From Candidatus Omnitrophota bacterium (GTDB lineage Bacteria > Omnitrophota > Gorgyraeia > Gygaellales > Profunditerraquicolaceae), in the NCBI GenBank assembly GCA_026416665.1, contig JAOAET010000051.1, positions 75,800 to 139,799 of the forward strand: a stretch of DNA of 64,000 nt, read 5' to 3'. This document shows positions 17,685 through 30,145 of the stretch, one piece after another. The notes under the pieces were generated by a model. The model was not told the DNA's origin and ran no database searches. It saw only the letters and a list, made by a program, of their open reading frames with translations. The translations under genes and the position numbers were made by a program. The stretch's first letter is position 1. Every line of letters begins with the position of its first letter.

Positions 17685-19871
17685 CTAAACTAACGGTGGA
17701 AGAGAAAACACTGGATGCTGAACCTGTTGAAGATAAGCTATTAACTCTTCAGCAGTAGTAGCAACATCTTCATCAGCAATCTTCTCTAATAAGTCGGGAA
17801 TCTTTAGTTCCTCGCACCGTCTCTTTAATTTATCTGCCAACAACTGTTTTAACTCCTTAGGCATCCAAACCACTCTTTTTAAACCATCTTCTGCAAGGAT
17901 AAACTTCTTACTTGTCAAATAAAGTTTACCGACTCCTAAAAAACCAGGTGTCTGAACCCCTCCTCCTACTGAACCAGCTAAACTAGTAAAAGTCATTCCT
18001 ACTGGTGTCATACCACTGTAGTCCCTATGCACAACCATTACTCCGTTCACTTCTGGAACAATTGCTACAATACATTCAAAGCACCCACAGGAAGATTGTG
18101 GACAATCCATCAATGAATACATACTTACTCGTTCTATTGTTTTGTTAGATCTCTCATAGATAAACTGGTTTATCTTTTCCCATTGCCCCAATCTTTGATC
18201 AAGCAGCTTTCCTTTTTCCAAAGGTTGATTAGGCCCAGTAGGGTTAATCTCGTAGGATGCCTTCGCGTCTAACCAAGAATACGCACCACAAAGCCCTAGT
18301 CTTTCTGGAGTAATAATACAAACATGATTAGGAGCAAAACTTTGACATAAAGTACAACTGTAAAAAGTTTCTACGCTTTCATCAGTCATACCACTTATCC
18401 GCTCATCTCGCTCGTCAAAGACCTTTTTGGTAGCTGGCAATAATCGCTGAACGTCTTCTTGTCGCGTATAAATCTTTACCTGCACTTTATCTACAATTGC
18501 GCTAAATTCTTGATGTAACATAGCGTGGAGAATTTTTCCGATGTGCTTTAGACGAAATCCCTTGTTGAACGCCTCTTTAGATATCCGAATCCAAATCATA
18601 TCACGTTGACCAATATGCATTAAACCTTGGGCGTAGTTAATGAAACGATGAATCTGTCGTTCTAAAATTGGTTCAAAGTCTTTTATCATCTTTCTTCCAC
18701 CGACTTCCACACAGATAGCCAATGGCATACTCTTTTTTTCAAAAGGCAGCTGGTCAATATCTTCGCCTATAATCTGACAACTACCATCAATTATTTCATC
18801 CATATTTTTTACCGTAAGAAATTCAAAAGCCACCGATGCCTTTCCACCAAACTCAACATAAAGCTGTTCTTTACGGACACGCTCACCTTCAAATGCAGGG
18901 GCATAGGCAACAGGTATATCTATTTTGTTAATCTTGACTTTAATACCGCGAATTTGAATACATTTTTCTACAATTTTAGTATAATCTTTTTCTGTAACTA
19001 ATGCTTCATGAAGAGTAGTCTGGATTTTTCCTAATTGTGGCACTTCTAAATCCGTAATAATTGGAAATCCGAAAGCTAAAACCCCTAAACCTGTAGCAAC
19101 AATTACTTCATCGAGATAAGACAGCAGTACTACAAACGCGGGAACACGATTCTTGATATACTCGGTAATACCCTGCCATTGTCCAGGCTTGTATCCGCCA
19201 TAGATCAAAGGCGCACGCACAGCAAAATTAACTGCATAAATAGCAGACAAGTAATCTTCTCCCAATGGCACAATGTAGTTATCTAAACCAATTTCCACTT
19301 TTTTCTCTTCTAGTTGTTTTTTAAAAGAAAACCCTTTTGTTGACCCTACTAAGATACTAACAATACTTTTAGATTGAAAATCCCGCACAAGCTGCACTGC
19401 TTTGTCTGCGTCCTGGGCAGGACCTAAGATAACTGCAATCCCAGCAATTCTTCCATCTACCAACTGTATTCCTAACGAACGTAAAATATTATCTGGCAGA
19501 AAACCGATACAACCTTTTGTGGGATGCAGGCCTAATTTTGTGTTAACAGATGCCAAAACCTCCTCATATAAAAGAGTGGCTATTCCTTTATTAAGGATTC
19601 CATCTAATGCCTCAATAAAAAATCCTTGCGAAGTAGGTTTATTAAAAACTAATCTCTCTGCCTCTGACAGAACCTCTAAACAATCGTTCGCGGTTTTTAC
19701 TTCTTTTTGTAAGAGGGCCAAAGATAACGGTAGATAGTAATTAGTATGAGGAAAAGATACAGTGGTATCTTTTCCTTTTTCGGTAATAAACTTATCCAAA
19801 GTCTCTTTAGTATGCTTCAATATAGCCTCTGTCCCTTTTGTTCCTGCTTGCACCAAGATATCAATTGACAT
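17685..19871 (-). CDS. acsB: Acetyl-CoA synthase (CODH/ACS complex A-cluster subunit)
   Basis: FPHTNYYLPLSLALL N-terminal signature. [4Fe-4S] cysteines CTLCQSFAPNHVCIITPERLGLCG and Ni-bridging CGC (SSCGCFEC). SD AGGAGG upstream. Confidence 0.85.
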   Translation of the reverse strand: MSIDILVQAGTKGTEAILKHTKETLDKFITEKGKDTTVSFPHTNYYLPLSLALLQKEVKTANDCLEVLSEAERLVFNKPTSQGFFIEALDGILNKGIATLLYEEVLASVNTKLGLHPTKGCIGFLPDNILRSLGIQLVDGRIAGIAVILGPAQDADKAVQLVRDFQSKSIVSILVGSTKGFSFKKQLEEKKVEIGLDNYIVPLGEDYLSAIYAVNFAVRAPLIYGGYKPGQWQGITEYIKNRVPAFVVLLSYLDEVIVATGLGVLAFGFPIITDLEVPQLGKIQTTLHEALVTEKDYTKIVEKCIQIRGIKVKINKIDIPVAYAPAFEGERVRKEQLYVEFGGKASVAFEFLTVKNMDEIIDGSCQIIGEDIDQLPFEKKSMPLAICVEVGGRKMIKDFEPILERQIHRFINYAQGLMHIGQRDMIWIRISKEAFNKGFRLKHIGKILHAMLHQEFSAIVDKVQVKIYTRQEDVQRLLPATKKVFDERDERISGMTDESVETFYSCTLCQSFAPNHVCIITPERLGLCGAYSWLDAKASYEINPTGPNQPLEKGKLLDQRLGQWEKINQFIYERSNKTIERVSMYSLMDCPQSSCGCFECIVAIVPEVNGVMVVHRDYSGMTPVGMTFTSLAGSVGGGVQTPGFLGVGKLYLTSKKFILAEDGLKRVVWMPKELKQLLADKLKRRCEELKIPDLLEKIADEDVATTAEELIAYLQQVQHPVFSLPPLV

Positions 19872-20820
19872 TTGTCCTCCTTAAAAATCGTATTGTTTCA
19901 ACAAGACGCTCTGCCTGTTGTGTAGTTGTCCGCCAATCCTTAAATTTCACTTCCTCGTTAGGTTGACAACAAACAGAACCACAAGCGAAGATATATGGTT
20001 CAGAAGTTGCCATATCTTTGTCAACTACGACTGCATTATTAACAAGGGCCATACCTGTATCTTCTAGGAAGTCAGTGGCTGGTTGCTTTTGCCCCATTAC
20101 CCCTATCCAACAAACACCGATGATCTTTCCGTTGTCTAATTTAATCGCCTGAACACCTGATTCCCCGATTATCTCAACAACTTTAGTAGGAATCACCTCT
20201 ACCATAGATGAAGAGAAGTCTACTTTTTGATTTGTTATAAGTTTCACTTCAACTCTTTTTTTTATTAGTATATCAATGACTAAGGAAGTAAAATGGTTAA
20301 CTCCTAATAAAGCTACCGTATCCTGAGTAATAGTATTTTTTAACTGCTTGAAATCTGCAAGGCTATCAAATACGAAAACACCATTTTTGTTAATACCTAC
20401 TATATCGTTAGGCAAAACTGTTTTTGTACCGGAACAGATAACTAAATAATCGTAATTGATAGTATCTCTCTTTTCTTGATACCGAAAAGACACCGACTTA
20501 CGTTTAGAGTTGACTGACACTACCGTATGTTCAGGTAAAAAGAAAATATTTCGTTTCTGATAATCCTCCTGCCCTAAGACAAACAATTCTTTCTCTTTTA
20601 CTTTTCCTTCCCAGAAAGAAAAAAGTTTTCTGCGGTCATAAAAAGGATATTTTTCCTGACTTAGTATAGCTATTCCAATATCATCTTTAAACACTTCTCT
20701 TAACTTGTAAGCAACCGTATGTGCAGCAACAGACCCTCCCACGATTACAAATCGTTGGTCAAAATTATCCTGCCATTTTTCTATGAAGTGTTCGGTAATA
20801 TCCTGTTTCTGCTGTGCCAT
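19861..20820 (-). CDS. FAD/NAD(P)-binding oxidoreductase (Pyr_redox_2-like, NADH-oxidase/CoA-disulfide-reductase type)
   Basis: Rossmann motif VIVGGSVAAHTVAYKL plus a second nucleotide-binding region. Start set to ATG (MAQQKQ...) to avoid a 103-nt overlap with metF. 11-nt overlap with acsB. Confidence 0.6.
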   Translation of the reverse strand: MAQQKQDITEHFIEKWQDNFDQRFVIVGGSVAAHTVAYKLREVFKDDIGIAILSQEKYPFYDRRKLFSFWEGKVKEKELFVLGQEDYQKRNIFFLPEHTVVSVNSKRKSVSFRYQEKRDTINYDYLVICSGTKTVLPNDIVGINKNGVFVFDSLADFKQLKNTITQDTVALLGVNHFTSLVIDILIKKRVEVKLITNQKVDFSSSMVEVIPTKVVEIIGESGVQAIKLDNGKIIGVCWIGVMGQKQPATDFLEDTGMALVNNAVVVDKDMATSEPYIFACGSVCCQPNEEVKFKDWRTTTQQAERLVETIRFLRRTNVN

Positions 20821-20831
20821 AGTTTCTAATT

Positions 20832-21701
20832 TTACAACCCAGCGGCATCTAAAAGTGGCAAAACAACTTTGTTCCAGCCAATAGGCATAATATGAATACC
20901 CTGGCACATTGGTTTTAATTGTTTTATTAAACAAGAGGCAATTTCCACTGACTTAGCAACTCTGTCCTTAGCAGATTCTATTTCTTTAATCAGTTCTTCA
21001 GGAACATTTACTCCCGCAACATTTTTATTCATAAATCGCGCCATAGCAGCGGATTTTAGTAGAACAATTCCTGCCAAAATAGGTATTTTAAGGTGTTTTA
21101 CCCTATTTATAAAACGTTCAAAAACAGCTATATCATAAACTGCCTGGGTTTGAAAAAATTCTGCACCAGCTGCAATTTTCTTTTCCATCTTAGCAATCTG
21201 TGGTTCAAGGGGCTCTGCTCCGGGATTAACTACCGCTCCTACGCAGAATTTAGGGGGGTGTCCCTCTAATTTATTGCCTTTCATATCAAACCCACTCTGT
21301 AACTTTTGAATTACCTCTAACAGCTGCACTGAATCAAGATCAAAAACAGGTTTTGCCTCAGGATGATCACCGACAGTAGGATAATCTCCTGTAAGTACAA
21401 GAATGTTTTCTATCCCCAGTGCCGCAGCAGAAAGAATATCTGACTGCAAGGCAAGCCGATTACGATCCCGACAAGTTACTTGGTAAATCGGTTCAAAACC
21501 TCTCTGCTTAAGTAATGCGCACACAGCTAATGACCCAAGACGCATTACTGAACTCTGTAAGTCCGTAACATTTATAGCATCTACTCGCCCACGGATTGTC
21601 TCTATGTCTTCAAATAATCGTGTGGTCTCAAATCCTTTAGGAGGACCTATTTCAGAAGTAATTACAAATCTCGCTGAATGGATTTTCTCTTTGAAAGTCA
21701 T
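20832..21701 (-). CDS. metF: 5,10-methylenetetrahydrofolate reductase
   Basis: FVITSEIGPPKG...INVTDLQSS...ILVLTGDYP MTHFR signature. Same operon as acsB. Confidence 0.85.
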   Translation of the reverse strand: MTFKEKIHSARFVITSEIGPPKGFETTRLFEDIETIRGRVDAINVTDLQSSVMRLGSLAVCALLKQRGFEPIYQVTCRDRNRLALQSDILSAAALGIENILVLTGDYPTVGDHPEAKPVFDLDSVQLLEVIQKLQSGFDMKGNKLEGHPPKFCVGAVVNPGAEPLEPQIAKMEKKIAAGAEFFQTQAVYDIAVFERFINRVKHLKIPILAGIVLLKSAAMARFMNKNVAGVNVPEELIKEIESAKDRVAKSVEIASCLIKQLKPMCQGIHIMPIGWNKVVLPLLDAAGL

Positions 21702-21755
21702 CTCTTAAAGAAAAAAACTCCTACTCTAAAAAAATTTAAATAAAACGGTTTTTTT

Positions 21756-21784
21756 ATTGTAACTTTTTAGTTCTTACTTGTCAA
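21756..21784 (-). promoter_or_regulatory. Sigma70-like promoter upstream of metF (-35 TTGACA, 17 bp, -10 TACAAT)
   Basis: Read on the minus strand, ~55 nt upstream of the metF ATG. AGGAG in the leader. Confidence 0.4.
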
Positions 21785-22018
21785 TTGCAAAACCTTTTAA
21801 GTTGTATCAGAGATATTTTATGTTGTCTCTCTTAGACTTACCGGGTAAATAGTTATTTCTGAAGTTTTACACTAATTAGCTATTCCTTAACTTATTGTGC
21901 TTAATTTTATCCCAAGAAATTATTAGCTGTTGAAAATTGAATGTAGTTATAAAGAAAAAATTTTAAATGCTGGCCTGAAATTAAGACTAGGTATTTATTT
22001 TTATTATCTTGAATATCT

Positions 22019-22489
22019 TTATTCTCTTGAAATACTAATTATCTTATAACGAAGTATTCCAGCAGGGACCTGAATTTCGCAGATATCGCCTACTTTATGA
22101 TACAACAACCCTTGACCAATTGGGGAGGAAACAGAAATTTTATTTTCATTAAAATCAGCCTCTTCCTCTGAAACAATTAAATATGAAATTCTTTCATGCG
22201 TATCTATATCCTCTAACTCAACGGTTGCCCCCAAAAGAACTTCATCAGAACAAATATCCTGATCCTCTATTATCTGTGCACCAGCTAATTTCTGCTCTAA
22301 CTCGGCAATTCGACGTTCATTAAGCGCTTGTTCTTCTTTTGCAGCATCATACTCTGCATTCTCACCCAGGTCTCCGTGGGCACGAGCTTCAGCAATTGCC
22401 TTGGCTATTTGGTGTCTCCGAACATTCTTAAGATAATTCAGCTCTTCATATAGTTTTTCATAGCCTTTCCTTGTAAGATATAACGTCAT
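22019..22489 (-). CDS. greA: Transcription elongation factor GreA
   Basis: LTRKGYEKLYEELNYLK...EARAHGDLGENAEYDAAKEEQA, 156 aa. Confidence 0.9.
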   Translation of the reverse strand: MTLYLTRKGYEKLYEELNYLKNVRRHQIAKAIAEARAHGDLGENAEYDAAKEEQALNERRIAELEQKLAGAQIIEDQDICSDEVLLGATVELEDIDTHERISYLIVSEEEADFNENKISVSSPIGQGLLYHKVGDICEIQVPAGILRYKIISISRE

Positions 22490-22788
22490 ATTTTCCTTTC
22501 CCTTTTTGATTTTACAAATTATGTTTGTGTCTTTACCAAAAATAGGTGTTTTTAACTACTAATATAGTTATTCTACTTTTTTTTGTTTTAATTAGCAAGG
22601 CATAATTTTTAATTAATTACAATAGAAATACTCTGGCAAACTTTTTCTTTATAGCGTTAGCTGATCTAATCTAGTATTAATTTTTTTGCCAGCTTCAAAT
22701 AAATTAGAGGATTTTATCTTTATATAATACCGACGGAGTTGTTACTTATTATGGACACATTGGTCTTGATAAAATATTTTTTACATTC

Positions 22789-23985
22789 TTAACCAGAAAG
22801 TGCTTGACGGCTTAAAACTAAAATTACTTCTAAGTGTCTGGTATGTACAAACATATCTACGGGAATCACTTGTTCAAGATAATAGCTGGTAGTTAATTGT
22901 TTAAGGTCGTAATACGCGTTATATGGGTTGCAACTGACATAAATTATACGTTGTATCTTGCAGTTTGTCAGTATATTTACAAAATCTTTGCTAAGTTGCA
23001 TACGTGGCGGGTCAAGAACAAGTATATCATAGTTAATGGGTTCTGATCTTTTCATAAATTCATTCGCATCTGTACAAATAAATGAAACATTCGTTAGCTT
23101 ATTGAAAGCAGCATTCTCTTTAGCCAAAGTAACATTTGAAGGAGAATTATCTACACCTAATACCTCTTTTGCTTTAAGCGCAAGTTGCAGACTAATTCCT
23201 CCACTGCCACAAAAAAGGTCAAGTACACTTCTATTATCACACTGGCTTACTCTACAAATAAGTTCGTAAAGCAAGCTACAACAAAAGGTGTTTGATTGTA
23301 AAAACGTATTTGGACTTAAATAATAAACAATACCATTAAGGATTTCTTTTAGATAAGGCTTGCCAAAAACAAGATAGAGTTTATCGGTTAAACTTATATC
23401 TGCCTTGCCAGTATTAAAACAAATGTAGAAACTATCTATAATATTTTTGTCCCTTATAATTCTGGTAAGTCGTTGGAATTTATTTTGCTGTTGTTTAAAA
23501 TCTTTTTCATCTAATGCCATTACCAGAACAGCCATAACCTCGCCAGTTGTTTTGGCATGGCGTAGACACAAATAGCGTAGTTGGCCTCTATGGGTTCTAC
23601 TATTATATGTAGTAAAACCTTCCTCTCCTGCCCAGCTTAAGATTGGTTCGGTGATTTCTTTTAGATTAGGCATAAATATCTTACATTCTTCTATTGGAAC
23701 AATCTTATTAAAATTTCCTTTGGTTCGAAGACCTATCGCCAACTTACCCTTGTTATCGGTAATAACAAAATCCATTTTGTTACGGTAATAATAAATCTCT
23801 GGAGAGGCAATAACTCCATCTTGTTTCTTAATATTAAAACAACCAAATAGGTTTTGACAGTAGTTATTCTTCCAAGTAAGTTGCTGTTGGTAGTCTTGAC
23901 CTATCCAATCGCATCCTCCACAGGCAGGAAAATAAGGACAGTTCTTCTCTACACTATCTTCAGATACTGTAGGAGAAATTACCAT
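22789..23985 (-). CDS. rlmD: 23S rRNA (uracil-C5)-methyltransferase, RlmD/RumA family
   Basis: N-terminal Fe-S cysteines (CPYFPACGGCDW), SAM-binding LDLFCGSGGISLQLA, catalytic C-terminal region. Confidence 0.8.
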   Translation of the reverse strand: MVISPTVSEDSVEKNCPYFPACGGCDWIGQDYQQQLTWKNNYCQNLFGCFNIKKQDGVIASPEIYYYRNKMDFVITDNKGKLAIGLRTKGNFNKIVPIEECKIFMPNLKEITEPILSWAGEEGFTTYNSRTHRGQLRYLCLRHAKTTGEVMAVLVMALDEKDFKQQQNKFQRLTRIIRDKNIIDSFYICFNTGKADISLTDKLYLVFGKPYLKEILNGIVYYLSPNTFLQSNTFCCSLLYELICRVSQCDNRSVLDLFCGSGGISLQLALKAKEVLGVDNSPSNVTLAKENAAFNKLTNVSFICTDANEFMKRSEPINYDILVLDPPRMQLSKDFVNILTNCKIQRIIYVSCNPYNAYYDLKQLTTSYYLEQVIPVDMFVHTRHLEVILVLSRQALSG

Positions 23986-24308
23986 TCTTTAAAGATAAAA
24001 AATACTGCTGCGATAATCAGGACAAAGCCTACAATATAATTCCAGCGGAGTTTTTCGCCTAAATAAAGAATAGAGAATATTGAGAAAATAATGAGGGTTA
24101 TAACTTCTTGAATAGTTTTAAGTTGAGCAGCGGTAAATTGCTGATATCCTATTCGGTTAGCGGGAACCTGAAAACAATACTCTACAAAAGCAATCAACCA
24201 GCTTCCTAAGATTGCTAAGGGTAAAGGAGATTTTGTAAATTTTAAATGCCCATACCAAGCAAAGGTCATAAATATGTTGGAAATAGTAAGCAGAATTATT
24301 GTTTTCAT
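23979..24308 (-). CDS. Small DMT-superfamily membrane protein (DUF486-like)
   Basis: 109 aa, 4 TM. N-terminus MKTIILLTISNIFMTFAWYGHLKF typical of DUF486. Confidence 0.5.
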   Translation of the reverse strand: MKTIILLTISNIFMTFAWYGHLKFTKSPLPLAILGSWLIAFVEYCFQVPANRIGYQQFTAAQLKTIQEVITLIIFSIFSILYLGEKLRWNYIVGFVLIIAAVFFIFKEW

Positions 24309-24353
24309 TTAAACCACCTTCCTGTATAAAAATTTTAGAAAAATGAAATGATT

Positions 24354-25187
24354 CTAAAGTGCAAGAGAAACGAGATTACGCATAAGCATCATAACTGTAA
24401 GGGGCCCTACACCTCCTGGCACGGGAGTAATCCACTCAGCACGCTTTTCAGCTTCTTCAAATTCTACGTCTCCGACAATCTTGTCATCAACTTTGTTAAT
24501 CCCTATGTCCACAACAATAGCACCTTTTTTAATCCATTCTCCTTTGATAAGGCCGGCTTTACCCACTGCTACGAATAAAATCTCAGCCCTACGCACATGT
24601 TCTTCTAAATGTCCATTTTTTGCAGTGCCAATATGACAGACGGTAACAGTTGCTAATTTATCCAATAAAAGTAGTGCCAAGGGTTTTCCTACAATCTCAC
24701 TATGTCCAACTATTACTACCTCTTTACCTTCTAAATTTACACCAGTAGAATTAACTAGCTCAACAGCTGCTTGGGCAGTGCAAGGAACAACTTTACTTCT
24801 ACCAAAAACAAGTCTTCCCATATTAACAGGGTTTATCCCCTCTACATCTTTATCTGGACTTATAAACTCACTAATTTTTTTATAATCAAGATGTGTCGGT
24901 AAAGGCAATTGCACAATAATACCATGAACTTGTGTATCATTATTCAAACCATTAAGAAATTCAATAAACCTTTCTTGTGAGATTGAATAATCAAGTTTTA
25001 GCAATTGAAATTCAATGCCCAGAAGCTCTGCGTTCTTCTTCTGGGATCTGGTATAAATCTCAGCAGAGGGATTGTCTCCTACTTGAATACTAACAAGACA
25101 AAGTTTCGTAGTGGATGAACTTATTCTTTTTGACAAAGTATCTCTTATCTGTGAAGCTATATTCTTACCCTCTAATAATTTTGCCAA
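24354..25187 (-). CDS. folD: Bifunctional methylene-THF dehydrogenase / methenyl-THF cyclohydrolase
   Basis: Aligns from residue 1 with FolD (MAKLLEGKNIASQIR..., GIIVQLPLP, DVEGINPVNMGRL). TTG start at 25187. Confidence 0.9.
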   Translation of the reverse strand: MAKLLEGKNIASQIRDTLSKRISSSTTKLCLVSIQVGDNPSAEIYTRSQKKNAELLGIEFQLLKLDYSISQERFIEFLNGLNNDTQVHGIIVQLPLPTHLDYKKISEFISPDKDVEGINPVNMGRLVFGRSKVVPCTAQAAVELVNSTGVNLEGKEVVIVGHSEIVGKPLALLLLDKLATVTVCHIGTAKNGHLEEHVRRAEILFVAVGKAGLIKGEWIKKGAIVVDIGINKVDDKIVGDVEFEEAEKRAEWITPVPGGVGPLTVMMLMRNLVSLAL

Positions 25188-25740
25188 CAGCTACCTCCGT
25201 AATTTTTCGCATCCGCTGTATTGCTTTTTTTTTCTTCTCAATTTCCTGGTGAATCTTAACTGCAAGCTCTTTATCTTTCAAACCATTTAAGTTAATTTCT
25301 ACGTTGTAGTAAGCACTAGAAAAAGCTGACTCAAGCAATACTGCAGCTACTGCCACGTCGCTAATCAGATTTTTATTACCTTTTTTCACTAAAGGTGTAC
25401 ATACACGCATTCCTTCGTAAGCAAGGCGGGCAATCATCAAAGGTACATCTACTGCTTGACGTATATCTTTACTTAAAAAAGCCTGCACATCTAAATCAAC
25501 CAATGCCAAAAATTCATGGCGCAGTTTCTCGGATTTTTCCAAAAGTAGCTGTAACTGTTTCTCAAAACGTGCGTATTGGGGTTTACCAACAGTAAAATTT
25601 ATCACCATACTAACAAGCGCCTGCCCACAACTTGCCACCAAAGCGGCAGCAGAGCCACCGCCTGGCGCTGCTATACGGGCAGCAAGGTCATCAAGATATT
25701 GCTCTAAAGAAGTATCTTTATAAAATTTCTGATTAATCAT
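25165..25740 (-). CDS. Formiminotransferase-cyclodeaminase C-domain family protein (methenyl-THF cyclohydrolase-like)
   Basis: LEQYLDDLAARIAAPGGGSAAALVASCGQALVSMV is the FTCD_C signature. Overlaps the folD start by 23 nt. Confidence 0.75.
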   Translation of the reverse strand: MINQKFYKDTSLEQYLDDLAARIAAPGGGSAAALVASCGQALVSMVINFTVGKPQYARFEKQLQLLLEKSEKLRHEFLALVDLDVQAFLSKDIRQAVDVPLMIARLAYEGMRVCTPLVKKGNKNLISDVAVAAVLLESAFSSAYYNVEINLNGLKDKELAVKIHQEIEKKKKAIQRMRKITEVAVGKIIRG

Positions 25741-25756
25741 GAAAAGGATTTTAAAA

Positions 25757-26125
25757 TTACCGCTCTATTTGAAAGGCATCTTTTATATATTCATATATTA
25801 TCGAATTGCCACTTAATCTGATTGCTAATACGTCAAAACGACAAACACAATCAAGCCAATTTTGTTCTTCTAAAAATGCCTCTGCAGCGTGAATAATCTT
25901 CGTCCGTTTCTTAATATCTATTGCCTCTTGTGGTAAACCAAATTTATCAGAAGTGCGTGCCTTTACTTCAATAAAACAAACAACGTTTTTATCTTTTGCT
26001 ACTATATCTATCTCTGCACCTGACCTTCGAATATTACGTGCAACAATTTCTAATCCTTGTTTTTTTAGGTATTCGCAGGCCAGTTCTTCTGCTCGTTTAC
26101 CAAATGGTAAATTGGAACTAAACAC
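25757..26125 (-). CDS. yraN: YraN/UPF0102 family endonuclease
   Basis: GAEIDIVAKDKNVVCFIEVKARTS signature. 8-nt overlap with rnhB. Confidence 0.75.
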   Translation of the reverse strand: MFSSNLPFGKRAEELACEYLKKQGLEIVARNIRRSGAEIDIVAKDKNVVCFIEVKARTSDKFGLPQEAIDIKKRTKIIHAAEAFLEEQNWLDCVCRFDVLAIRLSGNSIIYEYIKDAFQIER

Positions 26126-26720
26126 AACAAAAACTCTTCCGGTGAAAAAAACTTAAACCCCAAACTGCTATTGCCTGACGGTGACATTGGGTAGCATAAC
26201 CTTTATGTTGCTTAAAGCCGTAAGCAGGTAAAATTTTATCATAAATATCCATAATTCGGTCGCGAATAGTCTTGGCAACAATAGAAGCAGCAGCAATGCT
26301 TTTAGATTTGGCATCTCCATTAATTATGCAGGTTATAGGAAAACTACAAGAAAACGCCGTCGGCCCATCTACTAGAAGATGAATCCGAGATTCTTCAATT
26401 TTTGGTAACCTTCTTAACAGATTACCCACTGCCTGCTCCATTGCACACTGTGTTGCAGTAAGAATATTTATACGGTCAATTACAGCCTCGCTAACTACAC
26501 CAATTCCAAACACAGATTTTTCTACTAGCTCATGAAATGACTTTAATCTTTGAAAAGAGGAAAGTTTCTTAGAGTCATCAATTCGATTTAAGAAATTAAA
26601 TGTCTTAAGATAAACCGCAGCTGCTACTACTGGACCAGCTAGTGGTCCGCGCCCTGCTTCATCTACACCAATAATGATATCTCTTCCTAATTTAGAGAAC
26701 TTGCGTTCATAATAAAGCAT
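26118..26720 (-). CDS. rnhB: Ribonuclease HII
   Basis: IGVDEAGRGPLAGPVVAAAV active-site motif. Confidence 0.9.
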   Translation of the reverse strand: MLYYERKFSKLGRDIIIGVDEAGRGPLAGPVVAAAVYLKTFNFLNRIDDSKKLSSFQRLKSFHELVEKSVFGIGVVSEAVIDRINILTATQCAMEQAVGNLLRRLPKIEESRIHLLVDGPTAFSCSFPITCIINGDAKSKSIAAASIVAKTIRDRIMDIYDKILPAYGFKQHKGYATQCHRQAIAVWGLSFFHRKSFCCV

Positions 26721-26761
26721 TGATGTAATAATAGAAAATGCTTTTTTTAAAAATATTATAA

Positions 26762-27106
26762 CTATTCTGAAGTCTCAATTTTTGTTGCACGCTTGCCAAT
26801 TTTTTTTCGTAGATAATAAAGTTTTGCGCGTTTTACTTTACCACGTTTAATAACTTCGATACGCTCAATTACCGGGGAATAGAAAGGGAAGACCCTTTCA
26901 ATTCCTTCACCATAGGAAACTTTTCTAACAGTAAAGACACTGTTTATTCCACTACCTTTTTTTGCAATAACTACTCCTTCAAAAGGATGAAGACGCACTT
27001 TATCACCCTCAGGTATTTTGGTCAATACCTTCACCGTATCACCTACGTTAATCTGAGGCATTTCCTTTTTGATATATTGTTGTTCGATTAGTTTTAGTTT
27101 GTCCAT
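26762..27106 (-). CDS. rplS: 50S ribosomal protein L19
   Basis: [27 protein letters not shown], 114 aa. Confidence 0.9.
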   Translation of the reverse strand: MDKLKLIEQQYIKKEMPQINVGDTVKVLTKIPEGDKVRLHPFEGVVIAKKGSGINSVFTVRKVSYGEGIERVFPFYSPVIERIEVIKRGKVKRAKLYYLRKKIGKRATKIETSE

Positions 27107-27109
27107 AGC

Positions 27110-27838
27110 TTATTCTCCTTTGCTAATCAGTTTCTTTAACAAATCTGGTCTTCGTTGTTTTGTCCGTTTAAGTGCCTGCGCCTTTCTCCAGGCAGTAATC
27201 AAAGCGTGATTACCACTTAGTAATACCGAAGGTACTTTCATCCCTTCAAAATTCGCTGGGCGGCTGAACTGCGGATACTCTAATAGATTACCTTCAAATG
27301 ACTCAAAATTCAAGGAATTTTTGTCTCCCAACACCCCAGGAATTAACCGAATTAACGTGTCTATAACTACCATTGCTGGCAACTCCCCACCACTTAATAC
27401 AAAATCTCCAATAGAAATCTCCTGATTCACAAGATGTGTTCTTACCCTTTCATCTATACCTTCGTAACGGCCACAAATAAATATAAGGTGCTTTTCTTTA
27501 GCCAGTTTTTTTGCCATCTTTTGAGAAAAGGTCTTTCCTTGAGGACATAGGAGAATAACCTGAGGTTTTGCTTTTCCTTTAATTTTGTTTGTTTTCTCCT
27601 TCTTTACCTCTTGTAAAATATGTCTTACTGCACTAAATATCGGCTGACAACAAAGAATCATTCCGGGTCCACCACCATAAGGACGATCGTCAACTTTGCG
27701 GTGTTTGTTTGCGGTATAATTACGTAAGTCATGCACAAATATCTGCACCATGTTTTTCTGCTGTGCACGTTTAATAATAGACTCCTGAAGGACCGCAGAA
27801 AACATTTTGGGAAAGATAGTAAGGATATCAATCCGCAT
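27110..27838 (-). CDS. trmD: tRNA (guanine37-N1)-methyltransferase
   Basis: MRIDILTIFPKMF..., SAM-binding knot region GGELPAMV. Confidence 0.9.
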   Translation of the reverse strand: MRIDILTIFPKMFSAVLQESIIKRAQQKNMVQIFVHDLRNYTANKHRKVDDRPYGGGPGMILCCQPIFSAVRHILQEVKKEKTNKIKGKAKPQVILLCPQGKTFSQKMAKKLAKEKHLIFICGRYEGIDERVRTHLVNQEISIGDFVLSGGELPAMVVIDTLIRLIPGVLGDKNSLNFESFEGNLLEYPQFSRPANFEGMKVPSVLLSGNHALITAWRKAQALKRTKQRRPDLLKKLISKGE

Positions 27839-27867
27839 ATTTATTCCTTAGATTTAGCTATCAATTT

Positions 27868-30128
<2,261 letters not shown>

Positions 30129-30145
<17 letters not shown>

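Noticed and set aside
19402-19737. 111-aa plus-strand ORF
   Set aside because: Antisense within acsB.
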